Assembly (NCBI GenBank): GCA_964619725.1
Contig: CAZUFC010000042.1
Location: forward strand, 1 to 27,500
Direction: 5' to 3'
DNA from: an uncultured bacterium
Lineage (GTDB): Bacteria; CSSED10-310; CAZUFC01
DNA length: 27,500 bases
Part shown: positions 15,110 through 24,209 of the stretch, piece by piece
Layout: every line of letters begins with the position of its first letter
Numbering within the stretch: the stretch's first letter is position 1
Program-made: the position numbers and the translations under genes
The notes under the pieces: generated by a model
What the model was told of the DNA's origin: nothing
The model's database searches: none
What the model saw: the letters and a program-made list of their open reading frames with translations, nothing else

Positions 15110-15396
15110 AAGTTACAATTCTCCGAAATCCCTGAAAAGCTTTAATACCGCCACTCAGCGTCGCATTTGAAAAGACCTGAAGACACGCTTTATTCCGATC
15201 ATCGTTTTATTGTTCAACAGAAGAATCCGAACCCAGCGGCATTCTTACACTGCTCTTATCACGTTCCGGCAGTCTGCATCAATTTTTATTCGTCACTCCA
15301 TGCAGCTTCCCAATAGAAGTTGATGCAAATCGCCTCCTGAAAAGCAATCAGCTTTCTATAGGCTATCGGCTTCAAAAATTCACGCCGGCTTAAAAC

Positions 15397-15669
15397 TTAT
15401 GAAGCTTCTTTCGCTTCCCTTATTAAACGGGAAAAACGCGCTTTATCTCTTGCAGCTTTATTCGTATGGATTAATTTTTTCGTCGCGGCTTTATCTAAAA
15501 GTTTTTCAACCGTTTTGAAATTCTTGTCCATTGCTTCGTGATTCTTCTCTTCAATTGCTTCATTCAGCTTCCTTATGCTTGACTTTATCTTGCTTTTCCT
15601 CGATTTGTTTCTCATTCGCGCTTTTTCGTTCTGTCGAAGTCTCTTTTCTGCTGACTTATGATGGGGCAC
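15397..15669 (-). CDS. rpsT: 30S ribosomal protein S20
   Basis: HKSAEKRLRQNEKARMRNKSRKSKIKS...LDKAATKKLIHTNKAARDKAR; GTG start with SD GGAGGTGA. Confidence 0.97.
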   Translation of the reverse strand: MPHHKSAEKRLRQNEKARMRNKSRKSKIKSSIRKLNEAIEEKNHEAMDKNFKTVEKLLDKAATKKLIHTNKAARDKARFSRLIREAKEAS

Positions 15670-15705
15670 TCGCTTTCACCTCCTCCCATCCGAAAAGGAA
15701 TCATA

Positions 15706-15734
15706 TTCTTAAACCTTTCCGCCTTCCTTGTCAA
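15706..15734 (-). promoter_or_regulatory. Putative sigma70-type promoter of rpsT
   Basis: TTGACA (15729-15734), 17 nt, then TAAGAA (15706-15711); the -10 is imperfect. Confidence 0.4.
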
Positions 15735-15788
15735 GCCCAAATTTGCAGAAACATCTTCTCTTCTCAGCCGATCCGCAATAGTGTCCCA

Positions 15789-17075
15789 TCACATCAACCA
15801 GACCTCCAAATAATGCAGAATAATAACTATACCCATAAAAACGAGAACAGGTTTGAAAACTAAACGAAGCACGTTGATCATTTGAGCCTTGAAATAATCC
15901 TTGGTCAGAATTAAACATAAATGGACCGGCGACATCAGCACTCCGACAAATCCTGAAGCGAAAGCCAAGGCATAATAGGACCCTGCAGGAGTTGCCCCGG
16001 CATTTTGAATGAGCGATGAAAGCAGCGGATATGCGGCCCCGACGTACCCAACTGCAATGCCTGATACGAATCCCGAAGCGAAGGGCAAGAATATTACGAC
16101 TATGATTATGGGGACGCCTATTTCCGCTAATCCCAGCGACACCTCGTCAACTGCGCCGCTTTGCACCAGGAAGGCTTTAAAAACCATGATGCCGGCTATC
16201 ATAAAAACCATCTGAAGAATTTTATTCCATCCGAATCCGTTTTTTGTCATTTTTTTCCGGTATTTCTTCGTGATGAGCACGATCGAAACAGCTAGCGATA
16301 TGACCAGAGGAATTTCCGTGGAATAATTCTCGTACTGAGGCCAAAAATCAGGCACGACCGAGCTGCCGACCCAGCTCAGGAGCCAGGTCAGCCCCAGCAG
16401 AAAAATAATCGGCATCATGGCTTCCGGAATTTCTTTTATTGAATGACCTTCATCGTGTTCCGGGTTTTTCAGGGACATTTTTCGATAAATTACGAACCAT
16501 CCGCTGAGAAGCAGCAGCGGCGTGAACCATATTTGCCAGGCAATGATGGCATGGATGGAGAAACCTGTGATCGTCCCGGCCAGGATGACGCTGGGATACA
16601 GCGGCCACCAGAATTCCCATATATGCCTGAACCAGTAATTAACAAAAGTTTTTTGATCAGGCGACAGATTCTCCCTTGCCGCAGCGGCATCTACCATGGG
16701 TGCCGAAAATACGGCCCCGCCAGGCATCGGCAGCAAACCGACAAGCGCCGGCAAAGCGGCCAGGGAAACCCGCGTGCTGCCTAAACCCCGCCGAAAAGTC
16801 TCCACTATATGATGCAATCTGCCGGTTACTTCCAACTGGTGACTGAAAACCTGTATTAATGAAACGATAGCGGCGAGCAACAGAGTTTGAGGATCAATCA
16901 GCGTTCTTCCCCATATCGTCGCTATCTGCCTGAACGACAGCGAGAATATCATCCCCAGACCCAAACCACCAGCCATGAAAACTGGTCCCAGAGGCAGCCG
17001 CTTCTGAAGCAGAAACAGAACGACAGCGAATACTCCAAATACTTTTAAAAAAGGAATCAGAAGCTGAAAAGTCAT
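15789..17075 (-). CDS. DUF401 family integral membrane protein (IT-superfamily-like putative permease)
   Basis: PALVGLLPMPGGAVFSAPMV, NYWFRHIWEFWWPLYP and GVLMSPVHLCLILTKDYF motifs; many TM segments; start overlaps the upstream gene's stop (TAATG). Confidence 0.88.
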   Translation of the reverse strand: MTFQLLIPFLKVFGVFAVVLFLLQKRLPLGPVFMAGGLGLGMIFSLSFRQIATIWGRTLIDPQTLLLAAIVSLIQVFSHQLEVTGRLHHIVETFRRGLGSTRVSLAALPALVGLLPMPGGAVFSAPMVDAAAARENLSPDQKTFVNYWFRHIWEFWWPLYPSVILAGTITGFSIHAIIAWQIWFTPLLLLSGWFVIYRKMSLKNPEHDEGHSIKEIPEAMMPIIFLLGLTWLLSWVGSSVVPDFWPQYENYSTEIPLVISLAVSIVLITKKYRKKMTKNGFGWNKILQMVFMIAGIMVFKAFLVQSGAVDEVSLGLAEIGVPIIIVVIFLPFASGFVSGIAVGYVGAAYPLLSSLIQNAGATPAGSYYALAFASGFVGVLMSPVHLCLILTKDYFKAQMINVLRLVFKPVLVFMGIVIILHYLEVWLM

Positions 17076-17479
17076 TAAATCGTAGGACCGGGAACAGTCG
17101 GCGTCGGATCAGGCGGACAATACAGAATCGTCCACCACCAATCCTTTAATCCGCTCACTTCAATCGTTATGCTGTCGGCGAAAGTCCCCGGAGCGCCGCC
17201 ATTGTCCTTATAAGCTTCCAAAAGATGCTCTCCGTTTTCAACATTTTTTATAACGCAATTCTGGCAATCAGGCTCGACTATAATCTCAAAAACCTGATCC
17301 ATAAATATATGAAAAGTGCATGAAGTATTGTTCATAATGAAAATATCATTTTTCTCATCAAGAACATCCTGTTCAAACTCATCGCAATTCCAGCACCCGA
17401 TAAAAATCAAAATCGCCGAAAAAATAAATAAAATGTCCCCGGCATATTTCCTCCCTGAATATGTAAGTATCCCTTTCAC
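17075..17479 (-). CDS. Small putative lipoprotein/exported hypothetical protein with a Pro/Thr tail
   Basis: ORF 17075-17533. Hydrophobic stretch ends in a lipobox-like IFIG-C; beta-rich, Cys-containing body; C-terminal PPDPTPTVPGPT. Start uncertain: GTG 17479 chosen because a TTGACA-17-TAGAAA promoter-like motif lies inside the longer ORF's 5' end. Confidence 0.65.
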   Translation of the reverse strand: MKGILTYSGRKYAGDILFIFSAILIFIGCWNCDEFEQDVLDEKNDIFIMNNTSCTFHIFMDQVFEIIVEPDCQNCVIKNVENGEHLLEAYKDNGGAPGTFADSITIEVSGLKDWWWTILYCPPDPTPTVPGPTI

Positions 17480-17679
17480 AAACTGTTTTCTATAACCTCT
17501 GAGAAAGGATGTCAAGAGCTGTCTTAGGTTCAAAGCGACACTGAAAAAAACAAAAGAAGCAGCTTACTCCGAATCCCGGCAATAGACCAGAATGATGAAA
17601 TCGCAAGCCTCTCAGAAGGGCTCTGACCCCGGCAGGAACCTTCAACCTGCAAAGACCGACCCCCCTTCTCCGGCAATGG

Positions 17680-17922
17680 CTTTGGCATTAGGATAAAAGG
17701 AGCAGCTCGTTGTGTTTAAAGCAAAAAACGTTAAAAATGGATTCGTTGTCGTGATCGTTGTCGTTGTCGAATTCAAACTTGACGCCCTTTCAGGAGAAAT
17801 TGAATTTAAAAACCATTTCGCACGTTAATCCGACAACGACAACCGCTTCGCTGAAAACGACAACGATTCTTCAGCTAACATATTGAGAAGAAATGAATTA
17901 AGGCTTATCCTAATACGTATTC
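17680..17922. mobile_element. ~243-bp MITE, copy 2
   Basis: Homologous to 11743-11991 but one GTGATC unit shorter. IR ATTAGGATAA / TTATCCTAAT. Flanking CGGCAATGG (17671-17679) / CAGCAATGG (17923-17931). Confidence 0.85.
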
Positions 17923-17952
17923 CAGCAATGGAGAGGGGATTTGGGGGTGAAG

Positions 17953-19383
17953 TCAGAAAACAGCTTTCTTGAAATTTCTAAGAATCCGGATTTCTCGTGA
18001 ACCGATTATCTTGAAGATGAAGATGATCAGCAGAAAAAAGGCGTTTGCTGCTGCAAGGCTGATCATGACGGAGAAATTTCGTATAAGGAGTCCAGCTATC
18101 AGCGGAACCAGAACGGCCAGGAGCGGAGCCGCAAAATTCCTGATCAGATCAAGTCTGCCCAGTCCTTTGTAAAGGAAAAAGAAAACGATGATTAGCTGCG
18201 AACTGTACCCGATGATCGTGGCTGTCGCTGCCCCCAGGTGTTTCCAGTGAGGTATCAAAATAAAATCAAGGATCATGTTGATGCTGAGGGAGACTACGGC
18301 CCCTACGATGAGTTTCCTTTGCATTTTCAGTGAAATGAGGAGATAAGTGACGAGATAATTAAGAAAAAGGATCACAGCGCACCATATGAGGATTTCCAGA
18401 GACTCATGAGCATCGATAAATTCATTTCCGCTGACGAGTAAAATGATTTCCCTGGAAACCAGCGTTGCATTCAATCCTATAATCCCGCCCAACAGCGTTA
18501 GAATCTTCACTCCCATTGTCGCAGCGGAGCGAAGGGATGCCTGGTTTTCAGCGCCCCATCTCGAAAAAATCGGAAAGAGCGCCAGAGTAAGGGCTGCCGG
18601 TATGACTTGAAGCTGCATTACCAGCGTATGCGGTACATTATACAGAGAAACGGCTGGCGGCCCTGCCAGAGCTCTCAGGAAGTAAATGTCGACGCGAAAG
18701 GAGAGGCTGGTCAAAAATGATGCCACGGTCATTACAGCGGAAGATGAAAGAATGCTTTTTATTATCTCCCAATCGAATCTTGGCTTGAAAGGCGTGAAAC
18801 GTCTGGTGATGATATAGGTCCCCAGCAGGAATTTAATTAGTCCGGAAAGGAACATGACATAAAAGAGGGGAGTGAAGCCCAGATCGAAAACGACGACGGC
18901 TATCTGTCCGAGAAGCGCAGCCAGGCGAAAGACAAACGTCAGCAAAGTATCGAATTCCATCAACTCGAAGGCGTTAAATATACCGGAATAGATCAGGCAA
19001 TGTTGAAGGAATATTTCCGATCCCAGGGCGGCATAGAGTCCTATGGTCATCGAGGTATTGAGGTTTAAAACTCTTGATATTACTATAATGCAGCAGGCGA
19101 AAAGGAAAGAAAATATCCATTTCATGGAAAGGGCGTTTCCGAAGAGCAATGGGCATGACTGCTTTTCTTTGGCTACCTCTCGCGTGAGTATAGTGTTAAT
19201 TTCAAAATTAACCAGGGGATGAAAAAAGAGGATCAGGGCCACCAGCCAGGAATATTCGCCGAAAAGTTCAGGTTTAAGATAACGAGTGAGGAGAACGGTA
19301 GTAAGAAGGCCGGCGCCCAGGTCCATTATTTTACTGAAGAATATGACGATTGAATTTTTTGCGACGCGTGCGAGGGGTTCCAT
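17953..19383 (-). CDS. Wzx-type oligosaccharide flippase (PST/MOP family)
   Basis: RVAKNS start, LTRYLKPELFGEY, ILTREVA, ALFPIFSR, NMILDFILIPHWKHLGAATAT; about 12-14 TM segments. Confidence 0.9.
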   Translation of the reverse strand: MEPLARVAKNSIVIFFSKIMDLGAGLLTTVLLTRYLKPELFGEYSWLVALILFFHPLVNFEINTILTREVAKEKQSCPLLFGNALSMKWIFSFLFACCIIVISRVLNLNTSMTIGLYAALGSEIFLQHCLIYSGIFNAFELMEFDTLLTFVFRLAALLGQIAVVVFDLGFTPLFYVMFLSGLIKFLLGTYIITRRFTPFKPRFDWEIIKSILSSSAVMTVASFLTSLSFRVDIYFLRALAGPPAVSLYNVPHTLVMQLQVIPAALTLALFPIFSRWGAENQASLRSAATMGVKILTLLGGIIGLNATLVSREIILLVSGNEFIDAHESLEILIWCAVILFLNYLVTYLLISLKMQRKLIVGAVVSLSINMILDFILIPHWKHLGAATATIIGYSSQLIIVFFFLYKGLGRLDLIRNFAAPLLAVLVPLIAGLLIRNFSVMISLAAANAFFLLIIFIFKIIGSREIRILRNFKKAVF

Positions 19384-19390
19384 GCGGAAT

Positions 19391-20752
19391 TCAGCGATCT
19401 TTTAAGCGGTCCAGCCATCCGTCAGGACCATAAATTGAGGCTCCGCTTTCGATTAAGAGCAGCGCTTTCATAAAAAGCGAAACGAAACGGGTTTCCACTC
19501 TGGCGTTCAGCGGAGTTCCATTATTCAGATGAACGTTCGTATAGTATCCGTAAGGACAGTGATGATATTTAATTACGCCTTTCAGGCACTTCAGGGCCGC
19601 CTGTCTGTATTTGTCTTCTCCTGATATTTCATACAGTTTTAAATAAGCTACGATGAAGTCGGTATTACCGTCCAGGTATGAAATATTTTTTGAAACGTCG
19701 TCAGGGAACAGTCCTGTTTGACTTGATTGACGATCAAGCCACCAGTCCCCGGCGGTCATGGCTTCCTGAAGATAAGAGGACTCTTCCGTTTCATAGTGAA
19801 GGTCACAGAGCAAATCAATCATGGCGAAATTTGTCGATAAGACCGGGTATTGTCCGTTCGGCGACGACCAGGGAAACCCGAAAGCTACGTGCGAATAAAT
19901 GCCTTCCGGTAAAAGAAAATGCTGTTTAGCTCCTTCAAGCCAGTGTTTCACACAGTCAAGCCAGTAAACCTTGCCGGTATGCAGGTACAAAGACTTCAAG
20001 CCCCACAGCATAGCCAGATTATGCTTGACGAGGACCGCTCTTCTGGTCGCCGGTTGGATTTGCGGAACTTTCTTCAACAGCTTACTGGTCACTACAACTG
20101 ATGGAAAAACGCCGTATTGCCGGAAAAAGACATTTTGAGACCAGAATCGACCCATATCTTCAGCGACAGCTAAAAAATTGACTTCCGATCTGCAACTTTT
20201 CAATTCGCAGAATATCTCTATGAACATGCCGCTCAATGGTTCCGTCAGAGGTACCTTATGGTCCTTCCAACTCCAGGAACTCAAATAATTCTTCTTTAAA
20301 AAAAGCTTCACGACCTGTTCGCCTATTTCACAAGCCAATTCGCTCCATACGGGACAATCCGCAATATCAGAGCACTCCAGCAGGCCGTAGAGGATTTCCG
20401 AATAATCAAGCATGTCGGTATATCGCATCAATCCGAGTCCCGGAAGCTTGAGTTGAAGCCCCTTGTTTCGTCGCATGATGGGCTGATTGAACATCGGCGT
20501 CTGCTCTTTGAACACCGAACGTAACGACTGAATTTCACGAATCACGAAATCTTCTTCGCCCGCTGAAAGAAAAAACGGCAAATAATCCCCGATCTCGACG
20601 ATCAATGTTCTATCGGATAAATTATGCCCTTGATCGCCGTCGATCTCATACCAGGGCCAACCGTCCGGTGATCGATATACTCCATCGAACCACCCCACGA
20701 TCTCATGTATTCTCTCTTTCAGCATCAACCCGTCAGCCATATCCTTAGTCAC
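19391..20752 (-). CDS. Hypothetical protein with probable (alpha/alpha)6 six-hairpin glycosidase-like / AGE-epimerase-like fold
   Basis: Repeated helical units LYLHTGKVYWL, LHYETEESSYLQEA..AGDWW, LKLYEISGEDKYRQAA typical of alpha/alpha toroids. Start GTG 20752 or ATG 20740. Confidence 0.7.
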   Translation of the reverse strand: MTKDMADGLMLKERIHEIVGWFDGVYRSPDGWPWYEIDGDQGHNLSDRTLIVEIGDYLPFFLSAGEEDFVIREIQSLRSVFKEQTPMFNQPIMRRNKGLQLKLPGLGLMRYTDMLDYSEILYGLLECSDIADCPVWSELACEIGEQVVKLFLKKNYLSSWSWKDHKVPLTEPLSGMFIEIFCELKSCRSEVNFLAVAEDMGRFWSQNVFFRQYGVFPSVVVTSKLLKKVPQIQPATRRAVLVKHNLAMLWGLKSLYLHTGKVYWLDCVKHWLEGAKQHFLLPEGIYSHVAFGFPWSSPNGQYPVLSTNFAMIDLLCDLHYETEESSYLQEAMTAGDWWLDRQSSQTGLFPDDVSKNISYLDGNTDFIVAYLKLYEISGEDKYRQAALKCLKGVIKYHHCPYGYYTNVHLNNGTPLNARVETRFVSLFMKALLLIESGASIYGPDGWLDRLKDR

Positions 20753-20805
20753 CCCATACAGCTACCGATTTAATTATCTGATTAATCCGCAAAGCGCAAC
20801 TTTTT

Positions 20806-22755
20806 CTAAAACAGGTCCTCAATTTTTCCCGTCGGTTCTTCCCAGCATCCGTGATCTAAAACTAATCGAGCCCAAAGCTCCAACACCACAAAATTCCAAA
20901 CCTTGAAAAAAGGTTCTCTACCCTGAAAGAATCGTTCACGCAAGCTTCTGATAAATTCATATCTGAACCAACCTCGTTTTTCAACACTTTTTTTCGATAA
21001 TGCCTCAAGCACGATTCCAGATAATTCGTTCCTCATCCACAAATGCATCGGAAAAACAAAACCTTTTTTTCGGCGGCTGGTTATATCAGGCGGCAAAACG
21101 TCTTCCATTGATTTCCGCAACAAAAATTTTTCTGATCCTTTTCTCAGCTTCAAATCACCAGGCAATCCAGCCACATATTCCACAAGACGGTGATCAATCA
21201 ATGGAACCCGGATTTCCAGCGAATGCGACATACCGACGACATCGGTATCCCTGATAAGCAAATTCGGCAGATCAGTCTTCAACTGCAAATATGATACTTT
21301 GTTGACCACATCATAAGAATTTACCCTATCGGCAAAGAGTGAAATCTCATCCTTTAAATCCGTTTCATCCAAGTTCCTGAAATCTTCCGTCAGCTTTTCA
21401 GTCGCAAATGATCGAATATCTTCTGAGGCGAATAATCTTCTATTAAGTCGATAACGTTCTTCAAAACTCATTTCGCCTTTTAAAAACGTATTTATTTTCC
21501 TGAAAATACGGCGCCGGGCGCATCCGTTCGGCAATTTAAAGTAAAGTTTTTCCAGGATTCGACGCACCTTTTCAGGAGCTACATGATATATTCGGCTTAA
21601 TCGCTCCAGAAAGCGCAATTCCTTAAACCACTCATAACCGGCGAAAACTTCATCTCCACCAGTACCCGACAGGGCAACGGTAACCCCCTTGCTTGCTGCT
21701 TCCGAGACAAGATAGTACTGCACGGCATCTCCAGAAGGTTGATCCATCGCCCAAATAACGCGCATCAGCCGATCATGGACGTCCTTCCCGCTGACGACTA
21801 CTTCCGTATGGTCCGAACCGATGCTTTCGGCGACTTGTTTCGCATAACTTAATTCGTTGAATTCGGAAAATTCCTTCTCTTTACCCGTGAAAGCGATGGA
21901 ATATGTTTGAACAGGACGGACAGCATTCCTGCCCATTAGTCCTACTATACTGCTGCTGTCTATGCCGCCGCTTAAAAAGGCTCCTAACGGCACGTCACTG
22001 ATCATCCTTAACCTCACGGATTCTTCCAGCAATCGCCTGGTACGCCGAAATACCTCCTGTTCATCCAATTCCCCGTTCTGACTCACTGCATTGAAGCAGA
22101 CATCCCAGTAAATCTCCTTCTCGATTATCCCCTTTTCTCCCAAAACCATATATTCACCCGGCATAAAAGACCTGGCCTCTTTGAAGATACTTAACGGCGC
22201 CGGTACACAAGGAAAACCCAAATATCGCCTCACAGCCTCGAAATCGAGACTTCTCGAAATGACGTTTCCTGCCAGAAAGGACCGTAGTTCAGAAGCGAAT
22301 GCGAAAAAATTGTTCTTTTGAACATAATATAACGGCTTAACTCCTAATCGATCCCTGGCCAAAAAGATTCGTCTCTTCTTCCTGTCGTAAACAGCGAAAG
22401 CGAACATGCCCCGCAAATCATTAAGACAATTAATTCCCTTTTCCTCATACAGATGAACGATAACTTCCGTATCAGCGCCCGTTGCGAACCGGTGTCCTTT
22501 TTTCTGAAGCTCCTTCCTGAGTTCCTTGAAATTATATATTTCTCCGTTGAAAACAACCAAAATGTCCCTTTTTTCATTATAAATAGGCTGTTTGCCGCCC
22601 TCGACGTCGATGATGCACAAACGGCGCACTCCCAATGAAATGCTTCCGTCCTGATAAATCGCCTCGTCATCCGGGCCGCGATGAGCTATAGCCCTCGTCA
22701 TCGCTTCGATTTGTTCTCTTGAATGGTTGCCCCAAATTCCGCAAATGCCGCACAT
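20806..22755 (-). CDS. asnB: Asparagine synthase (glutamine-hydrolysing) family amidotransferase, likely glycan-modifying
   Basis: MCGICG Ntn nucleophile, HRGPDD, FNGEIYNF, DTEV, ARDRLGVKPLYY, FLSGGIDSS PP-loop, SGTGGDEVFAGY, EIRVPLID, RRKKGF. Confidence 0.95.
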   Translation of the reverse strand: MCGICGIWGNHSREQIEAMTRAIAHRGPDDEAIYQDGSISLGVRRLCIIDVEGGKQPIYNEKRDILVVFNGEIYNFKELRKELQKKGHRFATGADTEVIVHLYEEKGINCLNDLRGMFAFAVYDRKKRRIFLARDRLGVKPLYYVQKNNFFAFASELRSFLAGNVISRSLDFEAVRRYLGFPCVPAPLSIFKEARSFMPGEYMVLGEKGIIEKEIYWDVCFNAVSQNGELDEQEVFRRTRRLLEESVRLRMISDVPLGAFLSGGIDSSSIVGLMGRNAVRPVQTYSIAFTGKEKEFSEFNELSYAKQVAESIGSDHTEVVVSGKDVHDRLMRVIWAMDQPSGDAVQYYLVSEAASKGVTVALSGTGGDEVFAGYEWFKELRFLERLSRIYHVAPEKVRRILEKLYFKLPNGCARRRIFRKINTFLKGEMSFEERYRLNRRLFASEDIRSFATEKLTEDFRNLDETDLKDEISLFADRVNSYDVVNKVSYLQLKTDLPNLLIRDTDVVGMSHSLEIRVPLIDHRLVEYVAGLPGDLKLRKGSEKFLLRKSMEDVLPPDITSRRKKGFVFPMHLWMRNELSGIVLEALSKKSVEKRGWFRYEFIRSLRERFFQGREPFFKVWNFVVLELWARLVLDHGCWEEPTGKIEDLF

Positions 22756-22796
22756 ATCGCACCGTCAACCTTCCGTTGAATAATAGCCCCTTATCT

Positions 22797-24209
22797 TCAT
22801 TCTTCCGATGCCTCCTCGCCGTATAAAAAGGCAGGCAAAGGCCAGCAAAGAATGAATCCTAAAAAATTGCCGTGGAGGTACCGAGAAAAATACATGAAAA
22901 TAAAAAGAGTTATCCAAAAACCGTGTAATGCTGTATCCAGGCGGGGTTTCCTCCATATGCGCCTACTCAAAAGAATTACCGCTGGAATTAAAAACATGAA
23001 TTGAAGTATCCAGAAAGGAAAATACACGTTGCCGTCCGGTATGAGCCTGAAATACAATAAAAAAGTAGCAAAACCGAATCCATGAAATCCCTGGATCGGG
23101 TAACTCGTTTTCAATCCGCCCGACGAATACAAAAAAACATCCTCGATAAAATTGACGGGACTCCAAAGAAAAAACGGCAAAACAACAATGCCTAGCGTTA
23201 TCGCCCAGACTCCAAATGTTTTCATATAACGCTCACGGGCGTCCAGGGGATTGCCCCAGATTCTGAAATACATTATGAACAGAAAAGGAATCAGGAAAAG
23301 AGCGAATTGCTTCACGCCGCAGGCAAGCGCGAAACATGTGAATGCCAGAACCAGGTAATTCCGGCGCAACAGCAGCAAACCGCACAATATCCAAAAAACC
23401 GGACCCGTATCATTCACGCCCAGCGGAAAATAACGTGCGATAAACGGATTCAAGCCGATCCACGCCGCTGCCGCTAACCGGCTCGACTCTTTGCGAAAAA
23501 GAAACCAGGCTATCGCCAGACTGCCCATATGATAAAAAATATAAATGACTCTTTGATCGAAACCGCCCCAGAGCAATCGCCCCAAACCGTAAAACGGAAT
23601 CGAAGCCAAAAATGAAAATGGAAAATATGGATAATGAAAAACAGCCAGATTCATGAATCCTCGCCAGTTCTCCAACGGCGTACCATGATAAGTTTCCTTA
23701 TAGGGATTCTGTCCCCGAAGGATCATCTTAACCGCTTCTTCCACCTGAATGGTTCCGCCGTCATGCGCCAACTCATGATGAGGTCCGCCCCATCGCGCTT
23801 TCATGGTTAAAAAGGTCGGAAAAATGACCAGCAAAAAGACTAGTAAAAATAATACTGTCGCTTTCAGATTTAACCGCAGACTCTTATTTTTTAAATTTAT
23901 AAAACTGAAAGCGATATACAGCAAAAGTAATCCGACGGATAAACTCCGAATAAAGAGCTTTATGGGCGTGAATTGTTTTCCTAGAATGACCAGGGGATTC
24001 TCCAGTCCGCCCGGCGCTATAATCCGTTGCAGTCTCGGAAAATATTGCATGGCGTTAAAAGAATCCAACGGATCGAAAAAATGATCAAGATTCATTCCCA
24101 GATTAACGGCAACTAAAATAATCAGAACAAGAACATCAATATTTGAATGAAATAATGAACCGCTCCTTTTCATCTCTTTCTCTTCGATTTTACTCTCCGC
24201 TCTCGCCAT
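22797..24209 (-). CDS. GT-C-fold membrane glycosyltransferase (GT87/DUF2029-like)
   Basis: Polytopic; acidic loop HDGG followed by GQNPY, YPYFP, D.R, LNP, GVND and ACGVKQ motifs typical of GT87-like proteins. Alternative start at MKRSG. Confidence 0.7.
   Translation of the reverse strand: MARAESKIEEKEMKRSGSLFHSNIDVLVLIILVAVNLGMNLDHFFDPLDSFNAMQYFPRLQRIIAPGGLENPLVILGKQFTPIKLFIRSLSVGLLLLYIAFSFINLKNKSLRLNLKATVLFLLVFLLVIFPTFLTMKARWGGPHHELAHDGGTIQVEEAVKMILRGQNPYKETYHGTPLENWRGFMNLAVFHYPYFPFSFLASIPFYGLGRLLWGGFDQRVIYIFYHMGSLAIAWFLFRKESSRLAAAAWIGLNPFIARYFPLGVNDTGPVFWILCGLLLLRRNYLVLAFTCFALACGVKQFALFLIPFLFIMYFRIWGNPLDARERYMKTFGVWAITLGIVVLPFFLWSPVNFIEDVFLYSSGGLKTSYPIQGFHGFGFATFLLYFRLIPDGNVYFPFWILQFMFLIPAVILLSRRIWRKPRLDTALHGFWITLFIFMYFSRYLHGNFLGFILCWPLPAFLYGEEASEE

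Noticed and set aside
10882-15340. Shared 12-mer ATCGCCTCCTGA at 10882 and 15329
   Set aside because: A single 12-bp match containing an SD-like core is within chance expectation.
15110-15396. Riboswitch (c-di-AMP, fluoride or Na+) upstream of the antiporter
   Set aside because: No consensus elements recognisable by eye; an Rfam cmscan would be needed to exclude it.
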